Notes: generated by a model not told the origin, from the letters alone. Positions 1-12,860 are shown, numbered from the stretch's first letter. The stretch: 64,000 bases of DNA from Candidatus Krumholzibacteriota bacterium (GCA_963727455.1 CAVSGG010000003.1:32001-96000), one strand, 5' to 3'. Translations and numbers: made by a program.

Positions 1-842
1 CCCGTATCCAACTTCATGGACTTGGCGCCCAGGCTCAGGATCGCCGAAAGCGCGTGGGCGTCCTTGGCGAGGCGGATGCGTTGGGTGAGGTGCGCGATGG
101 TCCCCTCGTTCATGGTCTGGACCAGCAAGTGGGTGAGCCTGGATGCCGCGCCAGCGAAGATCTCGCTCACGCCGTAGAGCTGATGGGCCGCGTCGTTGCC
201 GCGCGCTGCACCGTCGCCAGTGCGAGCCTCCGCTGCACCGTCGCCCCCCGGCGTACCCGGCGCCGGAGCCTTCGCATCGTGATGCTTCTCGACCAGGGTC
301 AGCTCCGCCCTTTCGCCGACGAAGGCCAAGAGCCGGCAGGCCTCGCTGCGCGCGCTGCTGAAGTCCAGGGTCAGCTCCTTCTCGAGCCGCACTCCCTTGG
401 GCACGAGCAGGAAGAGTCCGTGCCTCCACAGCGCCTGATTCAGGGCCTCGAAGCGACCGAACTCGGCACCAATGAGCGCTCCCAGATGCTGCTGCACCAG
501 CGGGCCGTACTCGAGATGCGCCGCCGCGGCGGCGAGAGAGAGCAAGACGACGCCCTTCGCGCGCGCCTCCTCGTTGAGCTTCGGGGCGGCGGGAACGGCT
601 GCGGCGCGCTTCGCTTCGGAAACGAGCCCGGCGCCATCGCCCGACAGCGGCCCCACCGGTTCGAATTGGGCGGGATCGCTATAGCGCCAGAGATGCGCCG
701 CACGATCGGGAGCGGCCCCCTGCAGAAAGCTCTGCAGCGCGGAACTTCGCTGCTCGAGGAGCCAGGCGGGTTCCTCGCGGAGCCGCGAGAATTCCTCGAG
801 CTCCTCGTGGCTGGAGATGGGCTTGACGAGAGACTGTGGCAT
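1..842 (-). CDS. sufD: Fe-S cluster assembly protein SufD (3' end runs off window)
   Basis: Not in the ORF track; read manually from ATG at 842 with RBS AGGAAG: MPQSLVKPISSHEELEEFSRLREEPAWLLEQRSSAL...HLWRYSDP (SufD-like N-terminus); directly downstream of sufB. Confidence 0.85.
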   Translation of the reverse strand, partial: MPQSLVKPISSHEELEEFSRLREEPAWLLEQRSSALQSFLQGAAPDRAAHLWRYSDPAQFEPVGPLSGDGAGLVSEAKRAAAVPAAPKLNEEARAKGVVLLSLAAAAAHLEYGPLVQQHLGALIGAEFGRFEALNQALWRHGLFLLVPKGVRLEKELTLDFSSARSEACRLLAFVGERAELTLVEKHHDAKAPAPGTPGGDGAAEARTGDGAARGNDAAHQLYGVSEIFAGAASRLTHLLVQTMNEGTIAHLTQRIRLAKDAHALSAILSLGAKSMKLDT

Positions 843-956
843 GGTCTTCCTGCTTGAAAATCCTCGGGAGTTTGGCGGATGCTGGCTCGGCCCTGAGAGC
901 TTTCGCGCGGCCAAGCTCGGCTCGCCCTGCTTTGGCGCGGCCTCACAAGCCGTGGC

Positions 957-2384
957 TCAGCCCACCGATCCTTCCATTTCCATTTCGATCAAACGGTTCA
1001 GTTCGACCGCATACTCCATGGGCAGCTCCTTCGTGAACGGTTCGATGAAGCCGTTGACGATGAGCAGGCGCGCCTCCTGCGCGCTGATACCGCGACTCAT
1101 GAGATAAAAGAGCTGCTCTTCGCCCACCTTCGACACCCGCGCCTCGTGTTCCACCTGCACGCGTTCTCCGCGCACTTCCATGGTGGGATAGGTGTCGCTG
1201 CGGCTGTCCTCGTCCAGCAGCAACGCGTCGCACTCGACCGAGACCTTGCAGTCGGTGGCGCCGGGATGGACCTTCACCAGCCCGCGATAACTCGAGCGGC
1301 CGCCGTCCTTGGAAATCGACTTCGAGGTGACGGTCGAAGTGGTGCGCGGCGCGGCATGAATGACCTTGCTGCCCGCGTCCTGGTGCTGCCCCTCGCCCGC
1401 GAACGCGACCGAGAGAATCTCGCCCTTCGCCCCTTCCCCCATCAGATAGATGCAGGGGAACTTCATGGTGAGCTTGCTGCCGATATTGCCATCCACCCAT
1501 TCCACGGTGGCGTTCTTGTGCGCTACCGCGCGCTTGGTGACCAGATTGTAGATATTGTTCGACCAGTTCTGGATGGTGGTGTAGCGGATGTACGCGTCTT
1601 CCTGCGCGATGAGCTCGACCACCGCGGAGTGCAGCGAGTCGGTGCTGTAATTCGGCGCGGTGCACCCTTCGATGTAGTGCACGCGGCTCCCCTTGTCGGC
1701 GATGATGAGCGTGCGCTCGAACTGCCCCGCGTTCTCGGCGTTGATGCGAAAGTACGCCTGCAGGGGAATCTCGACCTCCACTCCGGGAGGCACGTAGATG
1801 AAGCTGCCGCCGGACCACACCGCCGAATTCAGAGCTGCGAACTTGTTATCCTCGGGAGGAATCACCGTCGCGAAGTATTTCTTCACGATCTCCGGATGGC
1901 GCTTGAGCCCTTCGTCCATGCCGAAGAAATGAATGCCCTGTTCCTCGAGCTCCTTCTTCACCGAGTGGTAGACGACCTCGCTCTCGTACTGCGCGCTCAC
2001 TCCGGCCAGGAATTTCCGCTCGGCTTCGGGAATCCCCAAGCGGTCGAAAGTCTTTTTGATGTTGGCCGGAACATCGTCCCAAGTCTTGCCCTGCATCGCC
2101 ATGGGCTTGATGTAATAGTAGATGTTCTCGAAGTCGATCGCGCCCAACTCGCGGGTGTTGCCCCAGGTGGGCATGGGCTTGGCCAAATAGATGTCCAGCG
2201 CGTCGTGGCGGAACTGGCGCATCCACTCCGGCTCTTCCTTCATGCGGCTCATCATCTCCACCACTTCGTGGTTCAGACCGCGCGCACCCTTGTGAAAATA
2301 TTCCTCGGGATCGTGAAATCCGTACTTTTCCGCGTAGTCGTCGCGAAATCCGGCGCCCCGTGCCTTGGCAGTTGGCGTTTCCAT
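957..2384 (-). CDS. sufB: Fe-S cluster assembly protein SufB
   Basis: [54 protein letters not shown]...MEGSVG; start taken at METPTAK. Confidence 0.97.
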   Translation of the reverse strand: METPTAKARGAGFRDDYAEKYGFHDPEEYFHKGARGLNHEVVEMMSRMKEEPEWMRQFRHDALDIYLAKPMPTWGNTRELGAIDFENIYYYIKPMAMQGKTWDDVPANIKKTFDRLGIPEAERKFLAGVSAQYESEVVYHSVKKELEEQGIHFFGMDEGLKRHPEIVKKYFATVIPPEDNKFAALNSAVWSGGSFIYVPPGVEVEIPLQAYFRINAENAGQFERTLIIADKGSRVHYIEGCTAPNYSTDSLHSAVVELIAQEDAYIRYTTIQNWSNNIYNLVTKRAVAHKNATVEWVDGNIGSKLTMKFPCIYLMGEGAKGEILSVAFAGEGQHQDAGSKVIHAAPRTTSTVTSKSISKDGGRSSYRGLVKVHPGATDCKVSVECDALLLDEDSRSDTYPTMEVRGERVQVEHEARVSKVGEEQLFYLMSRGISAQEARLLIVNGFIEPFTKELPMEYAVELNRLIEMEMEGSVG

Positions 2385-2386
2385 GG

Positions 2387-3160
2387 TCAAGCCCCCTTCG
2401 TCCCGGCGAACACTTCCTTCTCGATCCACTCGTAGCCCTTCTCCTCGAGTTCCTTGGCGAACTCGGGGCCTCCGCTGCGCACGATGCGGCCGTCCATGTA
2501 GACGTGCACCGTGTGCGGTTTAACGTAGTTGAGGATGCGCTGGTAGTGGGTTACCAGAAGTACGCCGGTCTCTTCCCCGCAAACGCGGTTGATGCCATCG
2601 CTCACGAGTTTCAATGCATCGATGTCCAGCCCGCTGTCGGTCTCGTCCAGCATCGCTACGCTGGGCTGCAGCATGGCCATTTGTAGAATTTCCAGGCGCT
2701 TCTTCTCTCCTCCGCTGAATCCGTCGTTCACGTAACGGCCAGCGAACTCGCGCGGAATCTCCAGCAACTCGAACTGCTCCATGAGTTGCTGGCGAAATTC
2801 GCGGACGGGCACCTCTTCGCCGCGCCGAGCGTTGACTGCCGAACGCAGAAAGTTGGCCACACTCACTCCGGGAATCGCAGAGGGATACTGAAAGGCGAGA
2901 AAGAGCCCGCGCCGGGCGCGCTCGTCGGCCGGCAGCCCCAGTATTTCCTCGCCGAGGAGTTTGACGCTGCCGCCGGTGACGGTATAGGAAGGATGGCCCA
3001 TCACCGCGTTGGTCAGGGTGCTCTTGCCGCTCCCGTTGGGACCCATCACCGCGACCTTCTCGCCCGCGTGCAGGGTGAGATTCAGACCCTTCACGATTTC
3101 CTTGTCTTCGATGGAAACGTGGAGGTCCTCGATCTGCAGCAAAATCTTCCGCTCGTTCAT
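2387..3160 (-). CDS. sufC: Fe-S cluster assembly ATPase SufC
   Basis: [46 protein letters not shown]; start at MNERKILL. Confidence 0.97.
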   Translation of the reverse strand: MNERKILLQIEDLHVSIEDKEIVKGLNLTLHAGEKVAVMGPNGSGKSTLTNAVMGHPSYTVTGGSVKLLGEEILGLPADERARRGLFLAFQYPSAIPGVSVANFLRSAVNARRGEEVPVREFRQQLMEQFELLEIPREFAGRYVNDGFSGGEKKRLEILQMAMLQPSVAMLDETDSGLDIDALKLVSDGINRVCGEETGVLLVTHYQRILNYVKPHTVHVYMDGRIVRSGGPEFAKELEEKGYEWIEKEVFAGTKGA

Positions 3161-3219
3161 CGTCCAACTCCTGCCCGCGTGAAGCGGGAAACGGCTTCGA
3201 CCCGTCGTCGCCTTCGTTT

Positions 3220-3708
3220 CTAGCGCGGGGTCATTTCGTGTTCGAAACTCTTCAAAATGAGGCGCCGCGGTTCTTCGAAGCGCTCCTGCACGCGGCCGAA
3301 GCACAGGAGGTCCGCCAGCGAGGTGCCCGAGAGCACCGTGGAGAGCAAACCGTCGAGCACACCCCAGAGCGAGCGGATGTTGCACTGCGAACCCGCGTGC
3401 ACGCAGGCCTCGCCCTTTCCGTTGTGGTCTTCGCAAAAACTGCCCTCGAAGAGCTGTCCGGAGAACGCGGACAGAACTTCCTGGACCGAGATCTCGGCGG
3501 GGGGCCGTTTGAGAACGTACCCCCCACTCCTTCCCCGGACTGCCTCCACCAAACCGCGATCGCGCAACTGACCCAGGAGCTTGGCCGCATAGGAGGGGGT
3601 GAGAGCCTCTTCCTTGGCGATCTCATTCAGGCTGCGTGCCCCCAGGGGGGGACGCGCCAGCTGGAGAATGCAGCGTAGGCCATATTCTTCCTGTGAAGAG
3701 ATCTTCAT
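3220..3708 (-). CDS. Rrf2-family (IscR/SufR-like) transcriptional regulator
   Basis: [21 protein letters not shown] wing, three Cys ([17 protein letters not shown]); heads the suf operon. Confidence 0.92.
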   Translation of the reverse strand: MKISSQEEYGLRCILQLARPPLGARSLNEIAKEEALTPSYAAKLLGQLRDRGLVEAVRGRSGGYVLKRPPAEISVQEVLSAFSGQLFEGSFCEDHNGKGEACVHAGSQCNIRSLWGVLDGLLSTVLSGTSLADLLCFGRVQERFEEPRRLILKSFEHEMTPR

Positions 3709-3759
3709 GAGCCAAAAACCTGCTGTCTTTCCGCATCCGGTTCCGCCCGGAGCGAAGCA

Positions 3760-3791
3760 AAAGTACAAAACTCTACTCTTTTGTCAAGTAT
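3760..3791 (-). promoter_or_regulatory. sigma70-type promoter with overlapping Rrf2-type operator for the suf operon
   Basis: Minus strand TTGACA-16-TACTTT; imperfect palindrome ATACTTGAC-N6-GTAGAGTTT at 3768-3791. Confidence 0.6.
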
Positions 3792-3870
3792 AAGGCGGGC
3801 GGGGGGAAAGTGCCAGCGGGAAATCCCGCTTAATCACTTTAAAAAACAATGACTTAGGGAACTAATTCCC

Positions 3871-4458
3871 TCAGGATTTCCCCTGCAGGTAGTCGATCAC
3901 CATCTGGTAGGCTGGCTGACCGTCGGCCAGCAGTCGCCCCTGGGCATCGTAGACGCGAAAATGGGGCACGCTGTGCAGCTTGAACTGGCGTGCCACCGGG
4001 GATCCCCAGTCGATTCCGGTGACCCCTGGCCGGTTGATGTCGACCTTGATCACCGTGAGGTCGTCCCGCTGTTCATCCAGACGGCGCAAATGGGGAGAAA
4101 TCTGCCGGCAGGGCCCGCAATACTGGCTATAGAAGTCGATGATGTTGATCTGGCCCTTGACCAGATGCTTGGCAAGTTCGATGGGCGCCCCATGGGCGAG
4201 CACGATTTCCGGTTCGTCCGCGTTCGGAGGAGGCGGCACGGTCTCCGCTTGCGGAACCGCTTCGGCCGCGGCACTGGGGACCTCGGCACTCGGGGCGCCG
4301 TTCTCCGGCACGCCGCTGTTCTGGGCACTGGCATTCTGGGAACTGCCGCTTTGGGCCGAAGAATCGCTTCGTCCGCAGCCACTTGTCGCGAGAAGGGCCA
4401 GCAACGAGACCAGAGTCAGCGCCGGAGTCGGAGATGGAAACCACCGGAAGGAACGCAT
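3871..4458 (-). CDS. Thioredoxin-like lipoprotein
   Basis: Lipobox-like LATSGC, Pro/Ala linker, IIDFYSQYCGPC active site, cis-Pro SVPHF. Confidence 0.8.
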   Translation of the reverse strand: MRSFRWFPSPTPALTLVSLLALLATSGCGRSDSSAQSGSSQNASAQNSGVPENGAPSAEVPSAAAEAVPQAETVPPPPNADEPEIVLAHGAPIELAKHLVKGQINIIDFYSQYCGPCRQISPHLRRLDEQRDDLTVIKVDINRPGVTGIDWGSPVARQFKLHSVPHFRVYDAQGRLLADGQPAYQMVIDYLQGKS

Positions 4459-4734
4459 GGAACACCTTTCGTGGTGAAAGCCCCTGGATTGCCAGCTAAA
4501 GTAAGCAAGTCCCCCCGCCGAGCCAAATTTCCCAGGGCGGCGCAGAGAGCTTGCCCTGAAGCTCCGCGATTGGATCGCGGCTTGCGAGAGTTCGGCGTGG
4601 CCTCTATCGTCGCGCCGAGCCCTCGATTTCCTCCCCCAAGCGGCGGCTCGCTGCCAAAACCCCCTCCCGGGCAGCCACCCGGGCGAATTCTCCAGCCGGC
4701 GCCCGCGCCGGCGCCGATGTCCTGAGGCGGATTC

Positions 4735-4965
4735 ATGGCCGATCCCACCGACAAGGTCGCGAGTAACGTTCCCGGCCCCTATTACGTCGATTCGCAGTGC
4801 ATCGATTGCGACCTGTGCCGCCAGACGGCGCCGTCGAATTTCGAGCGCAACGAGGACGAGGGCTATAGTTATGTCTACAAGCAGCCCGAGACCAAAGAGG
4901 AGCTCGAGCAGTGCCAGGAGGCCCTGGAGGAGTGTCCCGTCGAAGCCATCGGGCAAGATGGCTGA
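4735..4965 (+). CDS. Ferredoxin
   Basis: CIDCDLC...CPVEAIG. Confidence 0.92.
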   Translation: MADPTDKVASNVPGPYYVDSQCIDCDLCRQTAPSNFERNEDEGYSYVYKQPETKEELEQCQEALEECPVEAIGQDG

Positions 4966-4993
4966 GAGAGAGAAGGCGGCCGAGGGAGAGACC

Positions 4994-5581
4994 ATGAAAC
5001 AACTCTTGAACGTGGCTCGCATGGGCAATCCGATCCTGCGCCGCAAGGCCGAGGAGGTCGCGCTCGCGCGCATTCCAGAGCCCGAATTCCAGGACTTTCT
5101 GGACAGCATGATCCTGACCATGCACGAGTACGAGGGCGTGGGACTGGCCGCGCCGCAAGTGCACCAGAGTCTGCGAGTCGTCGTTCTGCACGAGGAGGCC
5201 GGCATCGCGAACGAGGGCGAGCAGCCGCTCACGGTGCTCATCAATCCGCGCATCACCGTCCTGACCAAGGATCGCTCCTCGATGTGGGAGGGCTGCCTCA
5301 GCGTGCCCGGCCTGCGTGGCAAGGTGAGCCGTCCCAATCGGATACGGCTGCAAGCACTGGACCGCGCGGGCAAAACGATCCAGCTCGAGCTGGACGGATT
5401 CGCCGCCATCGTGATCCAGCACGAATGCGATCACCTGGACGGGGTACTCTTCTTGGACCGCATCGAGAACCGCCAGGAGCTGGCCTTCGAGCGCGAATTC
5501 GAGCGCTACTTCCGCCCCGAGCTGGAAACGGAGTTCGAAGCGGAGGGCGAAAACGCGGCCGAAGAGGAAGAGGCGAGCTAG
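4994..5581 (+). CDS. def: Peptide deformylase
   Basis: GVGLAAPQV, EGCLS, QHECDHLDG; start may alternatively be 4958. Confidence 0.95.
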   Translation: MKQLLNVARMGNPILRRKAEEVALARIPEPEFQDFLDSMILTMHEYEGVGLAAPQVHQSLRVVVLHEEAGIANEGEQPLTVLINPRITVLTKDRSSMWEGCLSVPGLRGKVSRPNRIRLQALDRAGKTIQLELDGFAAIVIQHECDHLDGVLFLDRIENRQELAFEREFERYFRPELETEFEAEGENAAEEEEAS

Positions 5582-5586
5582 GGCCG

Positions 5587-6066
5587 GTGGCTTCCAGTCT
5601 GCCCCGCCGTCCCTCGCGTCCCGACCACGAGCGACGCAAGCAGAAGGCGCTCACCCTCGCGGTCGGGCAGTTCAACCACGCCCTCTACTTCGAATGCCAC
5701 GAGACCCTCGAAGAGATCTGGCTGGAGGAATCCGGATCGGACGCCCTCTTCTTGCAGGGAATCATCCAGGCCGCCGCCGCCCTGCACAATCTCCATCGCG
5801 ACCGCTTCGAGGGTCCGGCGCGCCTTCTGGCCGCGGCGCGCGCGAAGCTCCTTCCCTACGGTCCGAGCCACCTCGGGGTCGACCTTCGCTCCTTCTGCGA
5901 TCTCTTGCAGGAGCTGCACGCAAGGGCCCGTGAGCGCGACCGCGCCCGGGCCGAAAAGACAGCGGACGAAACTGCAGAGCCGGGAAGCGAAGCCGCGAGC
6001 TTGCCGTGGAACCCCCATCCCGCGCCGCGCATCTTCTACCGAGAGCCCCCCTTCGAATACCGCTAG
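5587..6066 (+). CDS. DUF309 family protein
   Basis: FNHALYFECHETLEEIW...LQGIIQAAAALH pattern; GTG start inferred. Confidence 0.8.
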   Translation: MASSLPRRPSRPDHERRKQKALTLAVGQFNHALYFECHETLEEIWLEESGSDALFLQGIIQAAAALHNLHRDRFEGPARLLAAARAKLLPYGPSHLGVDLRSFCDLLQELHARARERDRARAEKTADETAEPGSEAASLPWNPHPAPRIFYREPPFEYR

Positions 6067-6106
6067 ACCATTTTCCTTGCAGCCCGCCGGCGGCCTCGAG
6101 CCCATC

Positions 6107-6135
6107 TTGCCCGCATTCTCACGGCCCTCTATACT
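6107..6135 (+). promoter_or_regulatory. sigma70-type promoter for mqnE
   Basis: TTGCCC-17-TATACT, ending 9 nt before the ATG. Confidence 0.55.
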
Positions 6136-6144
6136 GACTCGATC

Positions 6145-7301
<1,157 letters not shown>

Positions 7302-7305
<4 letters not shown>

Positions 7306-8792
7306 ACCCCGTAACTCCGCCCACGCGCCGCGGCGCAGGATGGCACAGCGCCCGCTGGAGCGGGCTCTTCGCCCTCCTTCTGCCCCTGCTGCTCGTCGCC
7401 TGCGCGGTGAATCCGGTCACCGGCAAGCGCCAGATCTCGCTGATGAGCGAGTCGCAGATGGAATCGCTGGGCGAGAGCAGCGACACGCAGATCGTGGACC
7501 AGTACGGACTGGTGAAGGATCCCCAACTGGCCGCCTACATCGACAGCCTGGGTCAGAGCATCATCCCGGTGAGTCACGTCCCCAACGAGAGCTTCCAGTT
7601 TCGGCTCTTGGATGATGCGGTGGTGAACGCCTTCGCCGTGCCCGGCGGTTACGTCTACGTCACCCGCGGCATCCTGGCCTACCTCAACGACCAGGCCGCC
7701 CTGGCCGGGGTGATGGGGCACGAGGTGGGGCACGTGGCCGCGCGCCACAGCGCGCAGCAGTACACCAAGCAGGTACTGATCGGGGCCGGGCTCTCCCTGG
7801 GCGCAGCGCTGAATTCCACCGTGGCCCAATACGCGCAGCTCGGAGGGGCGGCCGCGCAACTCCTCATGCTCAAGTATAGCCGCGACGACGAGCGCCAGGC
7901 CGACCGCCTGGGGGTGGAGTACGCCAGCAAGTTGCACTACGACACCCACGAGATGGCCGATTTCTTCCACACCCTCGATTCCCTCTACGGCGGCAGCGCC
8001 GGCCTGGCCAACTGGACCAGCACCCATCCTGATCCGGGCGAACGCTACCAGACCGTGAACACCCTCACCCAGGAGTGGCAGGCCAAGCTGCCCGGCCCCT
8101 TCAAGGTGGAGCGCAACAACTACCTGAGCCGGCTGGAGGGCCTCGTCTTCGGGACCGATCCACGCCAGGGGGTGGTGAAGGGGGACGAGTTCGTGCACCC
8201 CATGCTGCGCTTCCGCTTCCCGGTACCCGGCGGCTGGCAAGTGGTCAACACCTCCAGCCAGGTGCAGATGGCTCCGCCGGAGGGCGACGCGGCCGTGTTC
8301 TTCGGGGCCGAGGCGGCCCAGGATCCGGCCAGCGCGGCGCGGGACTTCGCCCAGAAGGCCGAAGTCACGGTGGGGCAGACCCGCAGCCTGAGCATCGGCG
8401 GCTGGCCCGCCACCCAGCAGTTCGGCAGCCTCAGCTCCAGCGATCAGCAGCAGACCCCCTTGAGCCTGGTCTCCACCTTCATCAACCGCGGCGACCATCT
8501 CTTCATCTTTCATGGTCTGAGCGCCAGCAGTGATTTCGAGCGTTTTCGCCCTACTTTCGTAAATGTGGCGCAGGGCTTCGCCGCCCTCACCGATCCGGCC
8601 CTCTTGCAGCTGAAGCCGGTGACCCTGCACATCCTCAAAACCACGCGCACGGCTTCCTTCGCGGAGCAAGTCTCCGCCTGGCCCCTTCCCGAGGATGTCG
8701 ATCTGGGCAGCGGGGGCCTGGCCCTGCTCAATGGCCACGGGCCCCAGGATTCGATCCCCGCGGGGACCCTACTGAAGGTCCTGCGCCGCTGA
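7302..8792 (+). CDS. M48 family metallopeptidase lipoprotein
   Basis: LVACAVNPVTG lipobox, VNAFAVPGG, HEVGH, YSRDDERQAD, STHP; ATGA overlap with mqnE. Confidence 0.9.
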
Positions 8793-8912
8793 GTCCGGGC
8801 GGCTGGGCGTGGCGCGGGCCCGCCTCGATCGTTGAAAAACTTGCCAAGCCCTCAAATCGACCTATCTTGCGCCGGTTTTTCGGCAGAATTTTTGGCTCTG
8901 TAGGAGGACGCC

Positions 8913-11015
8913 GTGTCCACCGTGATTTCAGATCTCTCGAAGGTCCGCAACATCGGGATCTCCGCGCACATCGACTCGGGGAAAACCACCCTCACCGAGA
9001 GAATCCTTTTTTATACCCAACGCATCCACGCCATCCACGAGGTACGGGGCAAGGACGGCGTCGGCGCAACCATGGACTCCATGGAACTCGAGCGCGAGCG
9101 CGGGATCACCATCGCCTCCGCCGCCACCTACTGCACCTGGAAGAACCACCAGATCAACATCATCGACACTCCGGGCCACGTGGATTTCACCATCGAGGTG
9201 GAACGCGCCCTGCGAGTGCTCGACGGGGCCGTCCTGGTGCTATGCTCGGTGGCCGGCGTGCAGAGCCAATCGATCACCGTCGACCGGCAGATGCGCCGCT
9301 ACAACGTTCCGCGTCTGGCCTTCATCAACAAGTGCGACCGCTCTGGCGCCAACCCCATGCGGGTGACCGAGCAGCTGCGCGAGAAGCTCAAGCACAACGC
9401 GGTGATGATGCAGATTCCCATCGGCCTGGAAGCGCAGCACGAGGGCGTGGTCGACCTGGTGAAGATGAAGGCCATCTACTTCGACGGCGAAAGCGGCGAA
9501 ACTCTGCGCGAGGAAGAAGTTCCCGCCGGACTCTTGCCCGAGGCGCAGGCGCGAAGGGAGCAGATGCTGGACGCGGCTTCCATGTTCTCCGACGAACTGA
9601 TGGAGGCGATGCTGGAGGACACGGTCACCGAGGAACTCATCCACGAAGCGGTGCGCCGCGCCACGATTGCGCGCGAGCTCACCCCGGTGTTCATGGGCAG
9701 CGCTTACAAGAACCGCGGGGTGCAGCTCCTCTTGGATGCGGTCACTCGCTATTTGCCCGATCCCACCGAAGTCCAGAACGAGGCGGTACGCATCGAGAAG
9801 GGCGAGGAAGTCACCTTCCCGGTCGAGGTCTCGCCGGACAAACCCCTGCTCTCTTTGGCCTTCAAGCTGGAAGTGAGTCCCTACGGACAGCTCACCTACC
9901 TGCGCGTCTATCAGGGAAAGCTGCGCAAGGGCGACACCATCGTGAACGCGCGCAGCGGAAATCGGGTCAAGGTGGGTCGTCTGGTGCGCATGCACGCCGA
10001 CCAGATGGAGGACATCGAGGCGACCGGGGCCGGCGACATCGTGGCCCTCTTCGGAGTGGACTGCGCCAGCGGCGACACTTTCACCGACGGCAGCTTCGAG
10101 GCTTCCATGAGCTCGATGCACGTGCCCGAGCCGGTGATCAAGCTGGCCATCACTCCCAAGGACAACAACGCCCAACAAAATCTGGCCAAGGCCCTGGCCC
10201 GTTTCACCAAGGAAGATCCCACCTTCCGCGCCGGCACCGACGAGGAGACGGGCGACACCATCATCGCGGGCATGGGCGAGCTGCATCTGGAAGTTTACGT
10301 CGAACGCATGAAGCGCGAGTTTCGGGCCGAGGTCGAAACCGGCGCGCCCCAGGTCGCCTTCCGCGAAACGATCACCCAGCCGGTGGACTTCGACTACGTG
10401 CACAAGAAGCAGACCGGGGGCAGCGGCCAATACGGTCGCGTGGTGGGAACCCTGGGACCGCAGGGTGAGGAGAGCGAGTTCCTCTTCGAGAACCACGTGG
10501 TGGGCGGACGCATTCCCTCCGAGTACATCAGCGCGGTGGAGAAGGGCTTCCGGGCTTCCTTGGACCGCGGCGAGTACATCGGGTACCCGGTGGTGGGCAT
10601 CAAGGTCGATCTCAAGGACGGCGCCTACCACGCGGTCGACAGTAGCGACACCGCCTTCCAGGCCGCGGCCAAGGGGGCGTTCCGCGAAAACTATCTCAAG
10701 GGCAAGCCGGTCGCCTTGGAGCCCATCATGCTGGTCTCGGTCGAGGGACCGTCGGAGTTCCAGGGCGAGATCCTGGCCACGGTGATGCAGCGCCGCGGCA
10801 TGATCGTGGGCACCACCGAGGACGCGGGCTTCGTGCGCATCGATGCCGAGGTCCCCTTGAGCGAGATGTTTGGCTATGCCACGATTCTGCGCAGCGGCAC
10901 GCAGGGCAAGGCCGAGTTCAGCATGGAGTTCAAACGTTACGGCAAGGCGCCGCAGGAAGTGGCCGAGGAACTCAGGGCCAAGTGGCTCGAGAAGCGCGCC
11001 GCCGGGAAGAGCTAG
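8913..11015 (+). CDS. fusA: Elongation factor G (spd/mtEFG1-like type)
   Basis: [39 protein letters not shown]; RBS AGGAGG. Confidence 0.97.
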   Translation: MSTVISDLSKVRNIGISAHIDSGKTTLTERILFYTQRIHAIHEVRGKDGVGATMDSMELERERGITIASAATYCTWKNHQINIIDTPGHVDFTIEVERALRVLDGAVLVLCSVAGVQSQSITVDRQMRRYNVPRLAFINKCDRSGANPMRVTEQLREKLKHNAVMMQIPIGLEAQHEGVVDLVKMKAIYFDGESGETLREEEVPAGLLPEAQARREQMLDAASMFSDELMEAMLEDTVTEELIHEAVRRATIARELTPVFMGSAYKNRGVQLLLDAVTRYLPDPTEVQNEAVRIEKGEEVTFPVEVSPDKPLLSLAFKLEVSPYGQLTYLRVYQGKLRKGDTIVNARSGNRVKVGRLVRMHADQMEDIEATGAGDIVALFGVDCASGDTFTDGSFEASMSSMHVPEPVIKLAITPKDNNAQQNLAKALARFTKEDPTFRAGTDEETGDTIIAGMGELHLEVYVERMKREFRAEVETGAPQVAFRETITQPVDFDYVHKKQTGGSGQYGRVVGTLGPQGEESEFLFENHVVGGRIPSEYISAVEKGFRASLDRGEYIGYPVVGIKVDLKDGAYHAVDSSDTAFQAAAKGAFRENYLKGKPVALEPIMLVSVEGPSEFQGEILATVMQRRGMIVGTTEDAGFVRIDAEVPLSEMFGYATILRSGTQGKAEFSMEFKRYGKAPQEVAEELRAKWLEKRAAGKS

Positions 11016-11047
11016 CCGGCCGAGAACTAAGGGACAGGAGTCTTCGC

Positions 11048-11767
11048 ATGATCTACGGCAAGGATCTCAAGAACCGGAGCCCCCTGAGGGTCTTCGAGCG
11101 CTCCATCCATGGTGGCTTGGGCAAGGGGAACATCGGTCTGGTCATGAGCCGCGCCGGCGTGGGCAAGACCGCCTTCTTGGTGGACGTGGGTTTGGACGTC
11201 TGCATGGGAGGGGAGAAGGTCCTCCACGTCGACACCGAGCACACGGCGGAACGGGTGCGCGAGTACTACGAGGAAGTCTTCCGTGATCTCGCGCAGGGAG
11301 CGGGACTCGAAGACCGCACCGAGGTGCACCTTCAGGTCGAGCGCCGCCGCATGATTCACAGCTTCCTTCGCGGGTCCTTCAGCCTGGAGCGTTTGCAGCA
11401 GGCCATGATCTACATGAAGGAACACATCGACTTCGTCCCCAGCTGCATCATCCTGGACGGCTATCCCGCCTGGGAGCAGTTGGGCCCCGAAGAGCTTCGC
11501 GAGAGCCTCACCGCCGTGAAGAAGATGGCGGTGGAGAGCGAGACCGAAATTTGGATCTCCGCGCAGGGTCACCGCGAGGACGAACGCGACGAGATGGGAG
11601 TGCCGCTGCGCCTGCAGCCCTACCTGGAGGTCCTCTCGGTGGTGGTGCGCCTGGTCTCCAAGGGCAACGAGGTGCGGTTGCAGCTGGTCAAGGACCACGA
11701 GAATCCCGACCTGGCCGACCTGCACATCGAACTGGATCCCAAGACCCTGCTGCTCAAGTGGCGTTAG
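11048..11767 (+). CDS. RecA/KaiC-like P-loop ATPase of unknown function
   Basis: GGLGKGNIGLVMSRAGVGKT Walker A, IILDG Walker B-like; 32 bp after fusA. Confidence 0.75.
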   Translation: MIYGKDLKNRSPLRVFERSIHGGLGKGNIGLVMSRAGVGKTAFLVDVGLDVCMGGEKVLHVDTEHTAERVREYYEEVFRDLAQGAGLEDRTEVHLQVERRRMIHSFLRGSFSLERLQQAMIYMKEHIDFVPSCIILDGYPAWEQLGPEELRESLTAVKKMAVESETEIWISAQGHREDERDEMGVPLRLQPYLEVLSVVVRLVSKGNEVRLQLVKDHENPDLADLHIELDPKTLLLKWR

Positions 11768-12614
11768 GCACTTTGGGCGCAGGAATCTCCTCCACCGTGG
11801 CCAGAGAACCGTAGGGCACCGCAGCGCCGCTGCGAGTGGCCGGGAACTCGGTCATGCGCACCGCGCGCGTGATCTCGCTCTCGGCCGCCGCGAAGGAGCC
11901 GCTCTCGCCCGGCGAGAGTCGCAAGGCCCCGCTGCTGCGCGGGATCTCGGCCACCAGACGGCGCAATTCGATCGCGACATCCGTGAACACGCGCAGAGCA
12001 TCCCCGCTGAGAGGACGGCGCGTGTGGATCGCGATCCGCTGATCCTCCACCTGCAAATGAATGGATAGCGGTTCCACGACCTCGCGCGCGTCCGCCATCA
12101 ACAAATAGAGAGCCTGCGCCATCAACACCGAGCGCTGGTCCACGCTGTCCGTCTGGCATTCCCATTCCATGCGCAGAGCGAAACCGGGCGGCGGCGCGTG
12201 ACGTAGCTTGCGCTGCAGCGCGCGCAGGCGGCCTGTACCCTGGTTCACCGGCGAGATCTGCAGTCCGCGCAGAGTGAGCAGTTTGTTTTCGAAGAGAAAG
12301 GCCTGCTGCGAGCTAGGTCCCAGTCGCCGGCGGCAGAGGTAGTAGCTGCCCAGGCCGTCGCTCCCGCGCAGGACACAGGAGATTCCTCCGTGGCGCCCCT
12401 TGCCGCCCAGAGCCGTGGCCGCGTCCACCAGGGAGCGGGGCAGTCCTTGCTCCTGGGGGTTCAGCCCGCGGCTCTCGGCCAGGATGGCCAGATCCAATTG
12501 TTCCTGTTCGCGCTGACGGCGGCGGTGCACGCTGACGACGCTGCGCAAAAGAAGCACGAGCGCCAGGGTCAAGGCACTGAGTCCCAGCACGGGCAGGGTG
12601 TGGACGATGTTCAC
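11754..12614 (-). CDS. Hypothetical protein with N-terminal TM anchor
   Basis: Fills the gap between genes; hydrophobic LPVLGLSALTLALVLLL followed by basic residues; GTG start inferred. Confidence 0.55.
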   Translation of the reverse strand: MNIVHTLPVLGLSALTLALVLLLRSVVSVHRRRQREQEQLDLAILAESRGLNPQEQGLPRSLVDAATALGGKGRHGGISCVLRGSDGLGSYYLCRRRLGPSSQQAFLFENKLLTLRGLQISPVNQGTGRLRALQRKLRHAPPPGFALRMEWECQTDSVDQRSVLMAQALYLLMADAREVVEPLSIHLQVEDQRIAIHTRRPLSGDALRVFTDVAIELRRLVAEIPRSSGALRLSPGESGSFAAAESEITRAVRMTEFPATRSGAAVPYGSLATVEEIPAPKVPNAT

Positions 12615-12821
12615 AATGAGCTCCCGATCGGCATCGGGGGCACTCGGCAGGCACTCTGGTAAAAGTACGGTGGAGCAGACTCCGTGCCGCCCAGGGGCCC
12701 GGGTCGGCGGCAGGCGGGGCTTTCCCCGAGGCGGAGCACGATGGCGCAAAGGGCCCCACCGGGGTCCCGAGGGAACCGGGCAGACTGGCCCTCGAGTTCA
12801 GGCACGCGCAGGAGAGCGGGC

Positions 12822-12857
12822 AAAACGAGAGCCCCCCGCAAGGGCGGAGGGCTCTCG
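12822..12857 (-). terminator. Intrinsic terminator after tRNA-Glu
   Basis: CGAGAGCCC/GGGCTCTCG stem followed by a T-tract on the minus strand. Confidence 0.65.
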
Positions 12858-12860
12858 AGT

